Source of the DNA: an uncultured Gemmatimonadaceae bacterium
GTDB lineage: Bacteria > Gemmatimonadota > Gemmatimonadetes > Gemmatimonadales > Gemmatimonadaceae
Length of the DNA stretch: 64,000 bases
NCBI GenBank assembly: GCA_963829055.1
Contig: CAWHHI010000005.1
Coordinates: forward strand, 32,001-96,000
Direction: 5' to 3'
Every line of letters starts with the position of its first letter. Positions within the stretch are counted from its first letter, which is position 1. The position numbers were made by a program, and so were the translations under genes. This document shows positions 10,456 to 21,332 of this stretch, one piece after another. Below the pieces are notes generated by a model that saw only the letters and a list, made by a program, of their open reading frames with translations, was not told where the DNA came from and did no database searches.

Positions 10456-12583
10456 ATGTCATTTACTCGCTCGCTGTTCATTGCTTTGTCGCTCATCGCG
10501 ACCGCATCCACCGTCGCCACGGCACAGCAGCGCTTCACGCTCGAGCAGGTCATGAGCGCGCCGTTCGCGAGCGACCTCGTCGCCGCGCGGCGCGGCAGCT
10601 CCGTCGCATGGATCGTCAACCAGCGCGGCACGCGCAACGTCTGGGTCGCGAGCGGACCATCGTGGCAAGGACGCCAGCTCACGAGCTACCGCGATGACGA
10701 CGGTCAGGAGATCGGCAACCTGACGTTCACGCCCGACGGCAGGTCCGTCGTGTACGTGCGCGGCGGCGGCGCGAACGGCGCCGGCGAGCGACCGAACCCC
10801 GCACTCCTTCCCGGTGGCGCGGAGGAGGCGATCTGGATGCTTGCGCTCGACGGCGGTGCGCCGCGCAAGATCGCCGACGGCTCGTCGCCATCGCTCTCGC
10901 CAAGTGGCGACTCGATCGCGTTCACGCGCGCGGGGCAAATCTGGATCGCGCCGACCTCGCCGGAGGCGAAGGCGGCGGAGCTCACGCAAGCTCCGCGGCG
11001 GGTCATCGAACCTTCGCTGGTCGCCCGACGGGAAGCGTCTCGCGTTCGTGAGCAATCGCCAGCGCCACAGCTTCGTCGGCGTCTGGGACTTCGCATCGAG
11101 ATCGCTCCGCTACGTGGACCCGAGCACGGATCAGGACGCCGCGCCGGTCTGGTCGCCCGACGGCAAGTCGCTCGCGTTCATGCGCACGCCGTCGCAGGTG
11201 TCGGATCTCATCTTCGTTCCCGAGCGCGAGAGCCCGATCCCGTGGTCCATCCGCGTTGCAGACCCGAGCACCGGCACGTCACGCGAGGTGTGGCACGCGA
11301 AGAAGGGGCGCGGCAGCGTCTTCCGCGAGATCGTGGCCGACGATCAGCTGTTCTGGTCGCCTAACGGGGACCGGATCGCGTTCCCGTGGGAGGCAGACGG
11401 GTGGACCCACCTCTACTCGGTGCCGACGACCGGCGGCTCGGCGCAGCTGCTCACGCCCGGCGCGTTCGAGGTCGAGCACGTCAGCCCGACGCCCGATGGG
11501 CGTGCGCTCGTCTATGCATCCAATGAAGGCGACATCGACCGGCGTCACGTCTGGAAGGTGCCGGTCGACGGCTCGGCGAAGCCATCGGCGCTCACGAGCG
11601 GGCAAGGGCTCGAGTGGGGGCCGGTCATCACGGCCGACGGCCAGACGACGCTCGTCCTCCACTCCGACCCGCGTCTGCCGGCCCGCGTCGCGATAGCGGA
11701 CGGCCGGGCGCTCCGTGACCTGGCACCGACCGGGATACCTAACGACTTTCCCGCGACCGCCCTGGTCGAGCCCACGCAGGTCATCCTCCACGCGGCCGAC
11801 GGGACGACCGTTCACGCGCAGCTGTTCCTCCCGCCTAACGCCAAGCCGGGCGAGCGGCACCCCGCCGCGATCTTCTTCCACGGCGGCTCGCGACGCCAGA
11901 TGCTGCTCGGCTGGCACTACATGTACTACTACGCCAACTCGTACGCGATGAATCAGTACCTCGCGAATCACGGCTACGTGGTCCTGGCCGTGAACTACCG
12001 CAGCGGCATCGGCTACGGACTCGACTTCCGCGAGGCGCTCAAGTACGGCGCCGCCGGCGCGAGCGAGTACCAGGACGTCGTGGCCGCCGGGAAGTACATG
12101 CGTGCCCGCGCCGATGTCGATCCGAGCCGGGTGGCGCTGTGGGGCGGATCGTACGGCGGGTACCTCACGGCGATGGGACTCGCGCACAACTCGGACATGT
12201 TCGCCGCCGGCGTGGACATCCATGGCGTGCACGACTGGAACTCGGAGATCCCGAACTTCGTGCCGGCGTACGACTCGCTGCATTACGCGACGGAGTCCGC
12301 GATCGCGTATCGCGCGTCACCGCTCTCGGCCATCGCCGGATGGCGCTCGCCGGTGCTGCTCATTCACGGCGACGACGACCGCAACGTCCCGTTCACGGAG
12401 TCGATCACGCTCGCGTACGAGCTGCGGAAGCGGAACGTCCCGGTGGAGGAGCTCATCTTCCCCGACGAGGTGCACGACTTCCTGCTGTGGAAGAACTGGC
12501 TGAGCGCGTACAAGGCAGCGGACGACTTTCTCGGACGGCGCCTGAAGGCTGGCTCCACGGCGGCGACGACGAATTCGCGTTAG
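10456..12583 (+). CDS. S9-family peptidase (dipeptidyl aminopeptidase/acylaminoacyl peptidase-like); frameshift ~10988
   Basis: Signal peptide, PD40-like WSPDG repeats, GGSYGG nucleophile motif, HGDDDRNV, DEVHDF. Confidence 0.9.
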
Positions 12584-12688
12584 GTGTGTACCTCTACCGA
12601 GGATCGTCGCCGGTGGGATGCCCGCGTATGCTTCGTCGACGCCTGAGACCCTGAAGTCGAGAGCTGAGTTGGGGCTCGTGCTTTATCC

Positions 12689-13072
12689 GTGGATGGAGAC
12701 GTCTATGCCGCCGCCAGCCTGACGGCCTACATGCTCCAGGACTGGGTGGCGACGACGGACGAGCTGTTCGCGGCCGGCGCGACGTTCACGCTCCTGGCCT
12801 GGGCGTTCGCGTACGCCTACGTCGCGTGCCAGGGGATCTTCCCGGAGAGCTTCAGCGCGCCTCGCGACCTGCAGGCGCCGCGCACGTGGGTGGAGCTGCT
12901 CTTCCTGAGCGTTGCGGTGCTGTCGAGCGTCGGGTTGAGCGACATCCTGCCGGTCACGCCGCAGGCGCGGTCACTCGTCATGCTCGAGTCGATCGCCGGC
13001 GTGATGTACATCGCGCTCGTCGTGTCGCGCGTGGTCGGGCTGACGTTGGCGGAGCGGAAGAGGCGACCCTAG
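12689..13072 (+). pseudogene. C-terminal part of a two-TM ion channel (Ion_trans_2-like) protein, probably 5'-truncated
   Basis: TDELFAAGATFTLLAWAFAY and LLFLSVAVLSSVGLSDILPVTPQARSLVMLE pore-like segment; lacks N-terminal TM helices. Confidence 0.65.
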
Positions 13073-13156
13073 ACCAGACCCCCGACCGCGGGCTCCAGTA
13101 TTCGTCCTGCAGAAGAATCGGCGATGACCCCGCGCACGCTCGCGATACTACCACGG

Positions 13157-13349
13157 CGACATCGCGTCGCGTCTGCTGAGCGGAGCGTTGGTCACCCTGC
13201 TCGCCGCCTGCGGTGGAAAAAAAGGTCCAATCCGATCGGTTCGGACGACTCATTCTCTCGACGTACCGAGTTTCCGGTCGTTCACCGTCACGATCCCGGT
13301 CACCGACCGGTCCGGCAACGACCAACTCTCGATAGCGGGGCTTCCATGA
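13157..13349 (+). pseudogene. Remnant of a lipoprotein gene (signal/lipobox joined to a short C-terminus)
   Basis: Frame reads DIASRLLSGALVTLLAACGGKK...FTVTIPVTDRSGNDQLSIAGLP*, with its TGA overlapping the next ATG at 13346. Confidence 0.4.
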
Positions 13350-14200
13350 CGTATAGAAACCTGACCACCGCGGGCATGGCGCTGGCCATCGCCTTGATCC
13401 AGACCCCGGCGGCTGCACAGACCGCCGACCGCCCGAATCTGCACGTGAGCTCGGGGCGAGACGCCAACCCTCCAGTCCTTCACGTCAATCCGAGGTGGAA
13501 GGAGTGCTCGTTCCAGCTCAACTCCGCCCTGACCCAGACCGCCTGGCGCGAATTCGCACGGGAAGCCGGCCTCGTCGCGTACTTCCGCCCGCTGTCCGAC
13601 GCGCGGCCGATGGGGAAGCGGCGTTTCGAGCTATCCGTGCTCCAGTCGGAGACCGGCATCGACGACCACGACGCCGCGTGGAACGACACCTTCGTCCATC
13701 CCGATTCCGCGCACTGGCTGTTCGAAGGTGAGGGGCTGAAATTCCCGGGCCTCATGGCCCGAGCCGGTGTCGGCGAGAACACGGACGTGGGGATGTACTT
13801 CACCAAGAGCCCCGGCGCGAACTACGGGTTCTTCGGCGCGCAGGTCCAGCGCGCCCTCATCAACAACCCTGCCAGCGCCTGGGCGGCGGCGGCACGCGTG
13901 AGCTTCGTCTCGATGTACGGACCCGACGACCTCGAACCTGCGCGTGTACGGCGCGGACCTGCTGACGAGCCGGAGGTTCGCTCTCACCCGGTGGGCATCC
14001 GTCTCGCCCTACGTCGGAGCCTCGACGTACCTGTCGACGGCCCACGAGAAGACCGCAGTGGTGGATCTCGCGACGAGCGCGTGCTCGGCGCGCAGGCAAT
14101 GGTTGGCGCTGCGCTCCAGGTGTCGAAGGCACGGCTCGGCGTGGAGTACAACGTCTCGAAGGTGAACTCGTTGTCGATCAAAGTGGGCATCGGGAGCTGA
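13346..14200 (+). CDS. Secreted, probable outer-membrane beta-barrel hypothetical protein; two compensating frameshifts (~13937, ~14071)
   Basis: Signal peptide MTYRNLTTAGMALAIAL; alternating beta-strand pattern; the ORF 13944 frame (YGADLLTSRRFALTRWASVSPYVG) restores the middle part. Confidence 0.7.
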   Translation: MTYRNLTTAGMALAIALIQTPAAAQTADRPNLHVSSGRDANPPVLHVNPRWKECSFQLNSALTQTAWREFAREAGLVAYFRPLSDARPMGKRRFELSVLQSETGIDDHDAAWNDTFVHPDSAHWLFEGEGLKFPGLMARAGVGENTDVGMYFTKSPGANYGFFGAQVQRALINNPASAWAAAARVSFVSMYGPDDLEPARVRRGPADEPEVRSHPVGIRLALRRSLDVPVDGPREDRSGGSRDERVLGAQAMVGAALQVSKARLGVEYNVSKVNSLSIKVGIGS

Positions 14201-14410
14201 CGAGCATCTTGTCGGCGGCGGCTTCCTTCGCAAGCTGGAATCCGCACGTGACATGCGAGCATGCGACGGAAGCGATGACGATGTCGCGCTAGCAGCCATG
14301 GTCGTACGGCGGCGCCGAACGACGTTCGAGGCGCCGCCGTACTTCCTCGAAGATGTGCTGAAGGCAAACCGCCGGCAGCACGACACCCGCGCTTGGCCGG
14401 AACGCTGACC

Positions 14411-16093
14411 TCAGGGTTCGAAACTCCGCCAGCGCTCGTGCACGATCCCCAGTAGCTGCTGGAATCGCGGTTGGCTCCGCACGGGCTCGAAGCACGGATC
14501 GTATCGAGCCATGAAGGGATGATTGATGTAGCCTCGATCCACTGCCACCTCGAGCCAGTGGATCGCGCGCTCCGGTACGCCCGCCATCGCGTACCCGTCC
14601 GCCAGAAATCGCGCAAAGACGTCGCTCGTGGTTGCGATGGCCTCGATCTCCGGTGTCACGCACGCCAACGCGTCCTGCTGGCGGCGACCGAGGGCATGCG
14701 CAAGGAACTGTGCGACGCGTGCCGGCACAGACTCGCGCTCCGCGAATGAAAACCCATCGAGCACCGTGGCGACGTCGTCGTGACGTCCGTTCAGAGCGAG
14801 GATCCACATATAGAACAGACGCCCCATGGGATTGCCCGGATCCATCGCGAACATCTGTCGGTAGGGTTCGACGGCCGAACGGAGATTCCCCTCCGACGCA
14901 TCGGCAAACCCGGGCAGGCAGCGGGTCAGCGGTGTGAGAGGATCCAGCGTTTGAAGGCGGCCGATCAACGGGCGAGCAGCCGGCACTTGCCCAGAGATGA
15001 GGTAGCAGTTGCACAACAGGAGCAGTGTATCCGCGTCGTTCGGGTCGAGATCCAACGCAGCCTTCAAGTTTCGAACGGCGTCCTGTATCTGGCCGCGCGC
15101 GTACTGAATCCAGCCGTGCAATCGAAATCCTGACGCGGATCCCGGTTCGAGCGCGACGACCTTCTGCGCGCACCGTTCCGCCTCGGCGAGCGGGCGCTCG
15201 CCCAGGTCGATGCCGGCTTCCCGATATTGCAGATGCGCGTGGCCGAGGGCGGCGTAGAGTCTGGCGTTGTCGCCGACCATCGCCAGCCCGTTGTGAAGGA
15301 GATGGATGGCGTGATCGATGGCATTGGCGCGCCAGCGCCACGCGTCGTAACGAGCGCGCAGATAGCACTCGTACGCGTGCAGATCGCGGATGGGGCGCTC
15401 GGAGAGCCGCTGCTGTTCGTCAGCCGTCAGCCGGAGCTCGAGGGCCGCGACGATGACGCGGGCGAGCCGCTGCTGGATCGCGAAAACATCGTCGAGCGTC
15501 CCATCGTAGCTCTCGGCCCACAGGTGCTCGTCGCGAGTGGCGTCGATGAGCTGAGCGCTGATTCGCAGCTGTGTTCCCGCGCGCCGCGCGCTCCCTTGCA
15601 GGAGGTACCTGACGCCAAGCTCACGGGCGATGGTCTTCAGCTCCTTCTTCGTGTCCTTGAAGGCCATCGACGACATGCGTGAGATGACGCGCAGGCGCCG
15701 AACCTTCGACAGATCGGCAATCACCTCCTCCGTGAGACCGTCGGCGAAGTACGCGTTGTCCGGATCGGTGCTGAGGTTGGTGAAAGGCAGCACCGCGATC
15801 GACTTCACCGCGCTCGACACCGCGGCGCTGCGGCGAGCTTCTATTGACGCTGGCGCGGGGAGACGGGTTGGACGGTTCTCCCGCCAGGCGTCGATCTCGG
15901 ACCTGTACGCGTAGACGCTGCCGAGCGTGCGATGCACGTGACGGTGCACGGGCAGACCCTCGTCGGTTTCCCAACGGCGCACCGTCCGCACGCCTCGATT
16001 GAGATAGGCGGCAATCTCCTTCCACGACTCGAGACGGTCTCCGACGGCTTCTGGCACTGATCGATTCCTCGCGACGTGGCCAACGTGGGCCAC
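14411..16093 (-). CDS. Putative DNA-binding regulator: N-terminal HTH (RLESWKEIAAYL), TolB-like domain, TPR repeats
   Basis: RLESWKEIAAYLNRGVRTVRRWE; SIAVLPFTNLS..YFADGLTEE; TPRs; C-terminal DPCFEPVRSQPRF. Confidence 0.85.
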   Translation of the reverse strand: MAHVGHVARNRSVPEAVGDRLESWKEIAAYLNRGVRTVRRWETDEGLPVHRHVHRTLGSVYAYRSEIDAWRENRPTRLPAPASIEARRSAAVSSAVKSIAVLPFTNLSTDPDNAYFADGLTEEVIADLSKVRRLRVISRMSSMAFKDTKKELKTIARELGVRYLLQGSARRAGTQLRISAQLIDATRDEHLWAESYDGTLDDVFAIQQRLARVIVAALELRLTADEQQRLSERPIRDLHAYECYLRARYDAWRWRANAIDHAIHLLHNGLAMVGDNARLYAALGHAHLQYREAGIDLGERPLAEAERCAQKVVALEPGSASGFRLHGWIQYARGQIQDAVRNLKAALDLDPNDADTLLLLCNCYLISGQVPAARPLIGRLQTLDPLTPLTRCLPGFADASEGNLRSAVEPYRQMFAMDPGNPMGRLFYMWILALNGRHDDVATVLDGFSFAERESVPARVAQFLAHALGRRQQDALACVTPEIEAIATTSDVFARFLADGYAMAGVPERAIHWLEVAVDRGYINHPFMARYDPCFEPVRSQPRFQQLLGIVHERWRSFEP

Positions 16094-16186
16094 AGCAGGC
16101 CGTTGGAGTGGAATGCCCCATCATGACGCTTGCTCGGTCTTTCAGGCGCCGCGTAGCGTGCGGTCCATCTTGGACGGAGCTTCACC

Positions 16187-16714
16187 ATGCGTCAATTCCT
16201 GGCAGCACCGGCGTTTGTCGCCGCGCTCTCCTTCGCGGGCGCGATGGCCCCCAACGCGCGCAGTCAACAGACCCAGCAATCTGTGACGCGGTCGGTCTCG
16301 GGGAAGGCGATACACCACTTCACGACGGCGATCATTCACTCCGCGACGGCGACGCCGACTGGAAAGACCCAGCGCAGCACCGACATCATCGAGCTCAGTG
16401 GCGATCTCACGGGACGTGTTCTGTACCACCCCATCACGGTCATCGACACTGTGAAGGGCACGCTGGTGAATACCGGAAACGAGGTTTTCTCCGGAACGGT
16501 CCTCGGATCGGAGCCCGTCCTGCTGCACGATGACCGGTTCCGTTTCGAGGTCGATCTGAAGACCGGAGGGATGGAGTCCGGCGAGGTTCACCTGTCCAAC
16601 GTGCTCGCCGGCCCGAAGATCCGCTGCGATCTCGTCGTGGTCGGAGCCGGCGCGAAGACGGCCGAGGGCAACGGTATCGTCGATTACCGCGGCACGTGCA
16701 CGTTCACGAAGTGA
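16187..16714 (+). CDS. Secreted hypothetical protein (beta-rich)
   Basis: 175 aa, GGAG RBS, signal peptide, strong GC3 bias. Confidence 0.8.
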   Translation: MRQFLAAPAFVAALSFAGAMAPNARSQQTQQSVTRSVSGKAIHHFTTAIIHSATATPTGKTQRSTDIIELSGDLTGRVLYHPITVIDTVKGTLVNTGNEVFSGTVLGSEPVLLHDDRFRFEVDLKTGGMESGEVHLSNVLAGPKIRCDLVVVGAGAKTAEGNGIVDYRGTCTFTK

Positions 16715-16821
16715 GAAAGCACCTCTCACGTGTCACGAGAGCGCCGACCTTCGAGGAGCGGATGGATGGTCGGCCGTCGGCTTGTTAGGCGGTCGTTTTG
16801 GCGATCGTTTGGCTCCGGAGG

Positions 16822-17040
16822 CCTAACGCGGTCGCATTCGTCGCTCGATCGGTCGCTGCGGGTGCAAGTGACGGAACGGTTCGAGTGTGGGCGATTGCCT
16901 GGGGCCTGCTGATCGAACATCTGCGAACGGCAACGACGGTTTGCCTGGAGCCTGGGCAGCGTGAGCAGCTCCTCGGCGAATCCCCGGCCGAGGCGAGAGC
17001 GCGGTTCGCCGAGTGCGAGCGACGTAACGGGCGGAGTTGA
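16822..17040 (+). pseudogene. C-terminal remnant of a WD40-repeat protein
   Basis: AVAF...AGASDGTVRVW (WD40 end) followed by LRTATTVCLEPGQREQLLGESPAEARARFAECERR*; no upstream coding continuation. Confidence 0.5.
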
Positions 17041-17254
17041 TGAGGCCGCGTAGCACCGCGCTGACGACCTGCGTGTCCGCCGTGGCGTCCGCAAGACGCA
17101 GTACATAGGAGCGGGATCGCGAATTCAAATGCGACCGGGTAGAAGCGGGGACAATCCCGTCCGAGCGGCGACCTGCTCGGCGGGCCGCACCGGCGGATGA
17201 GAAGGTGAACCCGCCTCACAATTTTGGTCTGGTGCGGCGCGCACACGACGCATA

Positions 17255-18383
17255 GTGTGCCGTCCCCCACGCCGTCCACCCATCGCCCCGCCTGTCGTGC
17301 CCCGTAGCCCGCTGCTCACGCGCGTCGTCGCCGCCTGCCATACCGCCGCCCACGCCGCCCGAACCGGCGCCTCCCCGAGCGATCTGCTCGCGGCCGATGC
17401 GACTGGGCCTAACGATCACAACGCCATCACGCGCCACTTCGTCGGCGCGGCGGCGGCTGGAGCAGTCGGCGCGCTTGCCGCGTGTGCCGGGCCCGAGCGT
17501 ACCCTGCTCCCGATTGCCGGCGACCCTAACGCGACAAAGACCTCGGCGCCTGATCGGGTCGTCGTCGTTGGGGCGGGACTCGCGGGGCTCACGTGCGCCT
17601 ACCGTCTCCTGCAGCGCGGCGTCGACGTCACGGTCTACGAGGGCAACACCCGCGTGGGTGGACGGTGCTGGACCAACCGCACCGCGTTCGACGGCGGACA
17701 GCTCGCCGAGCACGGGGGCGAGTTGATCGACCAGTCGCACACCACAATCCGTCAGCTCGCCCAGGAGCTCGGCCTGCCCCTCGACAACGTCCTGGCGGCC
17801 GAGCCTAACGGGACGGAGCCGTTCTTCTGGTTTGATGGTGGCCGGTACCCGGTCGCCGACGCAGTCCGCGACCTCAAGGCCGTCTGACAACCGCTCAAGC
17901 GCGACTACCAGGCGGCGGGGTTCCCGACGCTCTATACGTCGTCGACGGCGGAGGGCCGCGCCCTGGACGCAATGTCCATCGCTGACTGGATTTCCACGCG
18001 CGTTCCCGGGGACGCGCGGCATCCTCGTCGACTACACCGGCGCGGGCGTGACGATGACCCAGAGTGGCCGCTTGCCGGCAGCACTCGCGCCCGAGTTTCT
18101 CGCGCGCGCGGAGCCGGTGTTCCCGGGGCTCACCGCGCGGTGGAACGGCAAGGCGACGTTCGACGACTGGCCGCGGAACCCGTGGACGCTCGGCTCCTAC
18201 TCCTACTTCCGGGTCGGTCAGTATCAGCGCTTCGCCGGGGCGGAGGGCGAGCCGGTGGGGACCTGCCATTTCGCCGGCGAGCACACGTCGATCGACGCGC
18301 AGGGCTACCTGGAAGGGGCCGTGGAAAGCGGGGCACGGGCGGCGCGGGAGGTGCTCGCGCGCGTGGGGCTCGTTCCGCGTTAG
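17255..18383 (+). pseudogene. Flavin monoamine oxidase-family pseudogene (internal TGA and large internal deletion)
   Basis: VVVVGAGLAGL, RVGGRC, EHGGELID; TGA at 17885 with the frame continuing QPLKRDYQ; jumps at ~18008 to C-terminal WTLGSYSY..HFAGEHTS..QGYLEGAVESG. Confidence 0.85.
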
Positions 18384-18396
18384 GTGCGCGGGCGGC
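18366..18396 (+). repeat. 31-bp direct repeat copy 1 (3' end of oxidase gene)
   Basis: gggctcgttccgcgttaggtgcgcgggcggc; 29/31 identical to 20219-20249. Confidence 0.85.
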
Positions 18397-18508
18397 ACAT
18401 ACCTCTCCTCCGCCGGCGGACTATGTCGAGCCGCCGGCAAGTCGCTGGATACGCTGGAGAGGCCGTCGTCGCATCACAGGCGCGATCCGTCACGCGATGC
18501 GTCGACGA

Positions 18509-20005
18509 TTACATCAGGCTCCGCATCGACAGCACGACGAACGTCGAATAGAAGAGCGCCATCACGACGAGCATGACTCGGCGCCAGAGTGGCGGTCGAA
18601 TCTCCCGTGGAAGGAGTCGCGTGTTGACGTAGAGCAGGTGCAACGACGAGATGACGAAGACGACGCCAGCGATGTTCGCCGCCACCTGCAGCAGCACGAT
18701 CGGCTGCGCGAGGCGAAGCGCGATCACGCCCCACACGGCAACGGCCGCCAACACGGCGTAGTACACGGCGCGCACATCGCCATTGCGCCACGCGCGGACG
18801 CGGCGGCTCCCCGTCCACAACATGTCGGTCATCGCGCGGACCATCCCTTCCATTGTATCGAGCTGCGTCTTGAACAGAATCCACGCACCAAGGAACGCGA
18901 TCGCCCCTGCGAGGATCGGCCCTGATCGCTCACCGATGGCTGACGCCAGCGCCGCACTGATGCCCAGCCCGCGAAGGTCCGTGCCGCTCGGCAGCAGTGA
19001 CGTGTAGAGAATTGCGGGCAGCAGCATACCGAGAATCGCGCCGGTGAAGAACACCCCCCACTGATCGGCGCGCACGACGCGCCACCACCCTTTCCATCGC
19101 GCGCGCCCGTCCGCATCCGGCGTGAACATGAAGCCGTTGTGCGCGAGGCGCACCTTCTCGCCGCCGACGGCGGAGGCGATGTAGCCAACGCGTGCACCCA
19201 TCCCGTAGCCCTTGTCGCGCGCCCAGTTCGAGAGCGTGATGTTGCCGACGCCTCCGGCGCCCGAATACGCGACAAGGGCCGCGAGCAGAAAGAAATCCGC
19301 TCCCTCGGGCATGAACCGGAACGTGGCGTTAGGCGCATCGTAGCCGACGAGGCCCGCCACCCCCGATATCCAATGACCCGCGCCGCCGAACATCAGCGCG
19401 AGCACGAGAAAGGCGCTCAGGATGCACCCGACCAACACCCAGTTGAGCAGCTCGAGCGTGTGCTCGATCCGCCGTCCGACCAACAGGATGGCAACGCACA
19501 ACAGAAACGTCCCGACGCCGATGAGGTAGACGGCACCCGCGTCGTTAGGCCCGGCCAGGCGCCTGGCGATCAGAAAGAAGATGGCCCCCGCTGCGTTCGC
19601 CGCGAACGCCGGCCATCCCATCTGGAGCACGTGCAGCGTGGCATAAAACCATCCCCACGCCGTCGACGACGGCCGCGTGCGCATGAACCCCGTGTAGATG
19701 GGTTCACCCGTGGCGATCGTGTAGCGCATGAGCTCCGTGTTGAACACGGTCTGCAGAAACACGGCGACGGCCGTCACCCACAGCAGCGACAGTCCGTGGC
19801 GCACGAACACCGCTGGGCCAAGGAGAAACTCGCCGCTCCCGATCGATGCGCCAAGCACGATGACCCCTGGCCCGACGACCGCCAGCCAGCCGAGCCCCTT
19901 GGGTGACGGCGGCACCGGCAACTCCGCGCGCGTCCACGGGGCGAGTCCCGAACGCGCCTCCTGAGCCACCGCCACTACTCTACCAACGGTCATCGGCTCA
20001 GCCAT
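18509..20005 (-). CDS. Nramp-like (APC superfamily) divalent cation/solute transporter
   Basis: GPGVIVLGASIGSGEFLLGP motif; many hydrophobic segments; 498 aa; GGAGG RBS. Confidence 0.8.
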   Translation of the reverse strand: MAEPMTVGRVVAVAQEARSGLAPWTRAELPVPPSPKGLGWLAVVGPGVIVLGASIGSGEFLLGPAVFVRHGLSLLWVTAVAVFLQTVFNTELMRYTIATGEPIYTGFMRTRPSSTAWGWFYATLHVLQMGWPAFAANAAGAIFFLIARRLAGPNDAGAVYLIGVGTFLLCVAILLVGRRIEHTLELLNWVLVGCILSAFLVLALMFGGAGHWISGVAGLVGYDAPNATFRFMPEGADFFLLAALVAYSGAGGVGNITLSNWARDKGYGMGARVGYIASAVGGEKVRLAHNGFMFTPDADGRARWKGWWRVVRADQWGVFFTGAILGMLLPAILYTSLLPSGTDLRGLGISAALASAIGERSGPILAGAIAFLGAWILFKTQLDTMEGMVRAMTDMLWTGSRRVRAWRNGDVRAVYYAVLAAVAVWGVIALRLAQPIVLLQVAANIAGVVFVISSLHLLYVNTRLLPREIRPPLWRRVMLVVMALFYSTFVVLSMRSLM

Positions 20006-20218
20006 CAGCGAGCCTCCAGATCCAGGGACGTTGACACGCTGGTCGGCGACGGACTGCCCGCGGCGACCGGGGCTTCAGGGCTGCGGGCCAGAATGTCGCA
20101 GCGCGGGCTCGTGAAAAGAAGGTCGGACGTGCGGTATCCCCACGGGTGGTGCATCGGCGCGCGTCGCGGCGACGGCCTGGTCTTCGCGTCCGGGCGATGA
20201 ACCGCGCCGCGTTGTCGC

Positions 20219-20249
20219 GGGCTCGTTCCGCGTTAGGCGCGCGGGCCGC
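20219..20249 (+). repeat. 31-bp direct repeat copy 2
   Basis: gggctcgttccgcgttaggcgcgcgggccgc; matches 18366-18396. Confidence 0.85.
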
Positions 20250-20278
20250 CTAGTCCATCGCACGAGGCTTGGCGTCCC
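20250..20278 (-). repeat. Diverged copy of the M20 peptidase 3' end (encodes DAKPRAMD*)
   Basis: ctagtccatcgcacgaggcttggcgtccc; 24/29 identical to 27294-27322 and 25/29 to 22613-22641. Confidence 0.75.
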
Positions 20279-20300
20279 TTTTCTCGACGCGTCAGCCTAA

Positions 20301-20576
20301 TTAGACGAGGAACGACCACGGCGTTCCATCGAGCCGGACTCGGAACTGCGGGTTGACGCTGAAGCCACCGCGACGGATCGCCATGTCGAGGGTGGCGGCT
20401 GGCTTGCCAAGCGTGGACGTGGGGATGGTGGAGATTCCCTTGTTGGCCACGCTGATCGCCCAGGTGACCTCGGTGCGAGAGCCCGCGCTGTCGACGGATT
20501 GCGAGAACGCCGGATGCGCGAGGCTCGATGCGGCGTGCACCGACAGTGCGAGCGTGATGATGCCGCGCGTCTTCAT
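20301..20576 (-). pseudogene. 3'-truncated secreted hypothetical protein
   Basis: MKTRGIITLALS signal peptide, then ANKGISTIPTSTLGKPAA...FRVRLDGTPWSFLV*; ends abruptly next to the repeat junction. Confidence 0.5.
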
Positions 20577-20596
20577 CGTGACCCCTCCCCTTCGCG

Positions 20597-21154
20597 TCAA
20601 TCCCGGGGAAATCGCGCAACCCACGCGGCGAACGCGTTCATGTACCGCTCGAGGAACGCGCGCGTGCCGTCTACAACGAGCCGTCCGTCGTCGAATAGCT
20701 TGTCGACGCCGCTGACGTACGCCTCGGGCTGCTGCATCGTCGGGACGTTCAGGAACGTGAGTGACTGGCGCAGGTGGTGGTTCGCGCCGAAGCCGCCGGC
20801 CTGTCCCGCAGTCGCCGTCACCACACCGCCCGCCTTGCCGTTCCACACGCTCCGTCCGGACGGACGCGAGCCGACGTCGAGCGCGTTCTTCAGCGCCGCG
20901 GGCACCGAGCGGTTGTATTCCGGCGTCACGAACAGCAGGGCGTCCGCCACGGCGATGCGCGTACGGAACTCGGACCACGCGGCCGGCGGCGTGTCCTCGT
21001 CGTCCGTGTTGTAGAGCGGAAGCTGGCCGATCTCCACGATGCTGAGTGAGAGCGCCGGGGGTGCGAGCTCCGCGAGCACGTGCGCGAGCTTTCGGTTCAG
21101 CGAGTCCCGTCGGAGGCTGCCGACGAGAACGGCGACGTCGTATGTGTAGTTCAT
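20597..21154 (-). CDS. NAD(P)H-dependent FMN reductase (ChrR/YieF-like)
   Basis: GSLRRDSLN, TPEYNRSVPAALKNALD, GGFGANHHLRQ, QQPEAY. Confidence 0.92.
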   Translation of the reverse strand: MNYTYDVAVLVGSLRRDSLNRKLAHVLAELAPPALSLSIVEIGQLPLYNTDDEDTPPAAWSEFRTRIAVADALLFVTPEYNRSVPAALKNALDVGSRPSGRSVWNGKAGGVVTATAGQAGGFGANHHLRQSLTFLNVPTMQQPEAYVSGVDKLFDDGRLVVDGTRAFLERYMNAFAAWVARFPRD

Positions 21155-21332
21155 GGGATCCTCCCACGGATGAATTCGAAAAGGGTTGGTTCAGCGGAGC
21201 GTGAAGGCGGCGCAGTCGGGATCGAACGAGCGCCTGGTCGCTATGCTAGACGCGCCTTCGATACACGTCCAAGTCTTTCTTCCGATCGACTGAGACGTCA
21301 GACTTATCACTCCACGGTCACCGAGCGTCCCT

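Noticed and set aside
17885..17887. In-frame TGA as selenocysteine or recoded Trp
   Set aside because: The same gene also has a large deletion, and TGA serves as a normal stop in many other genes here.
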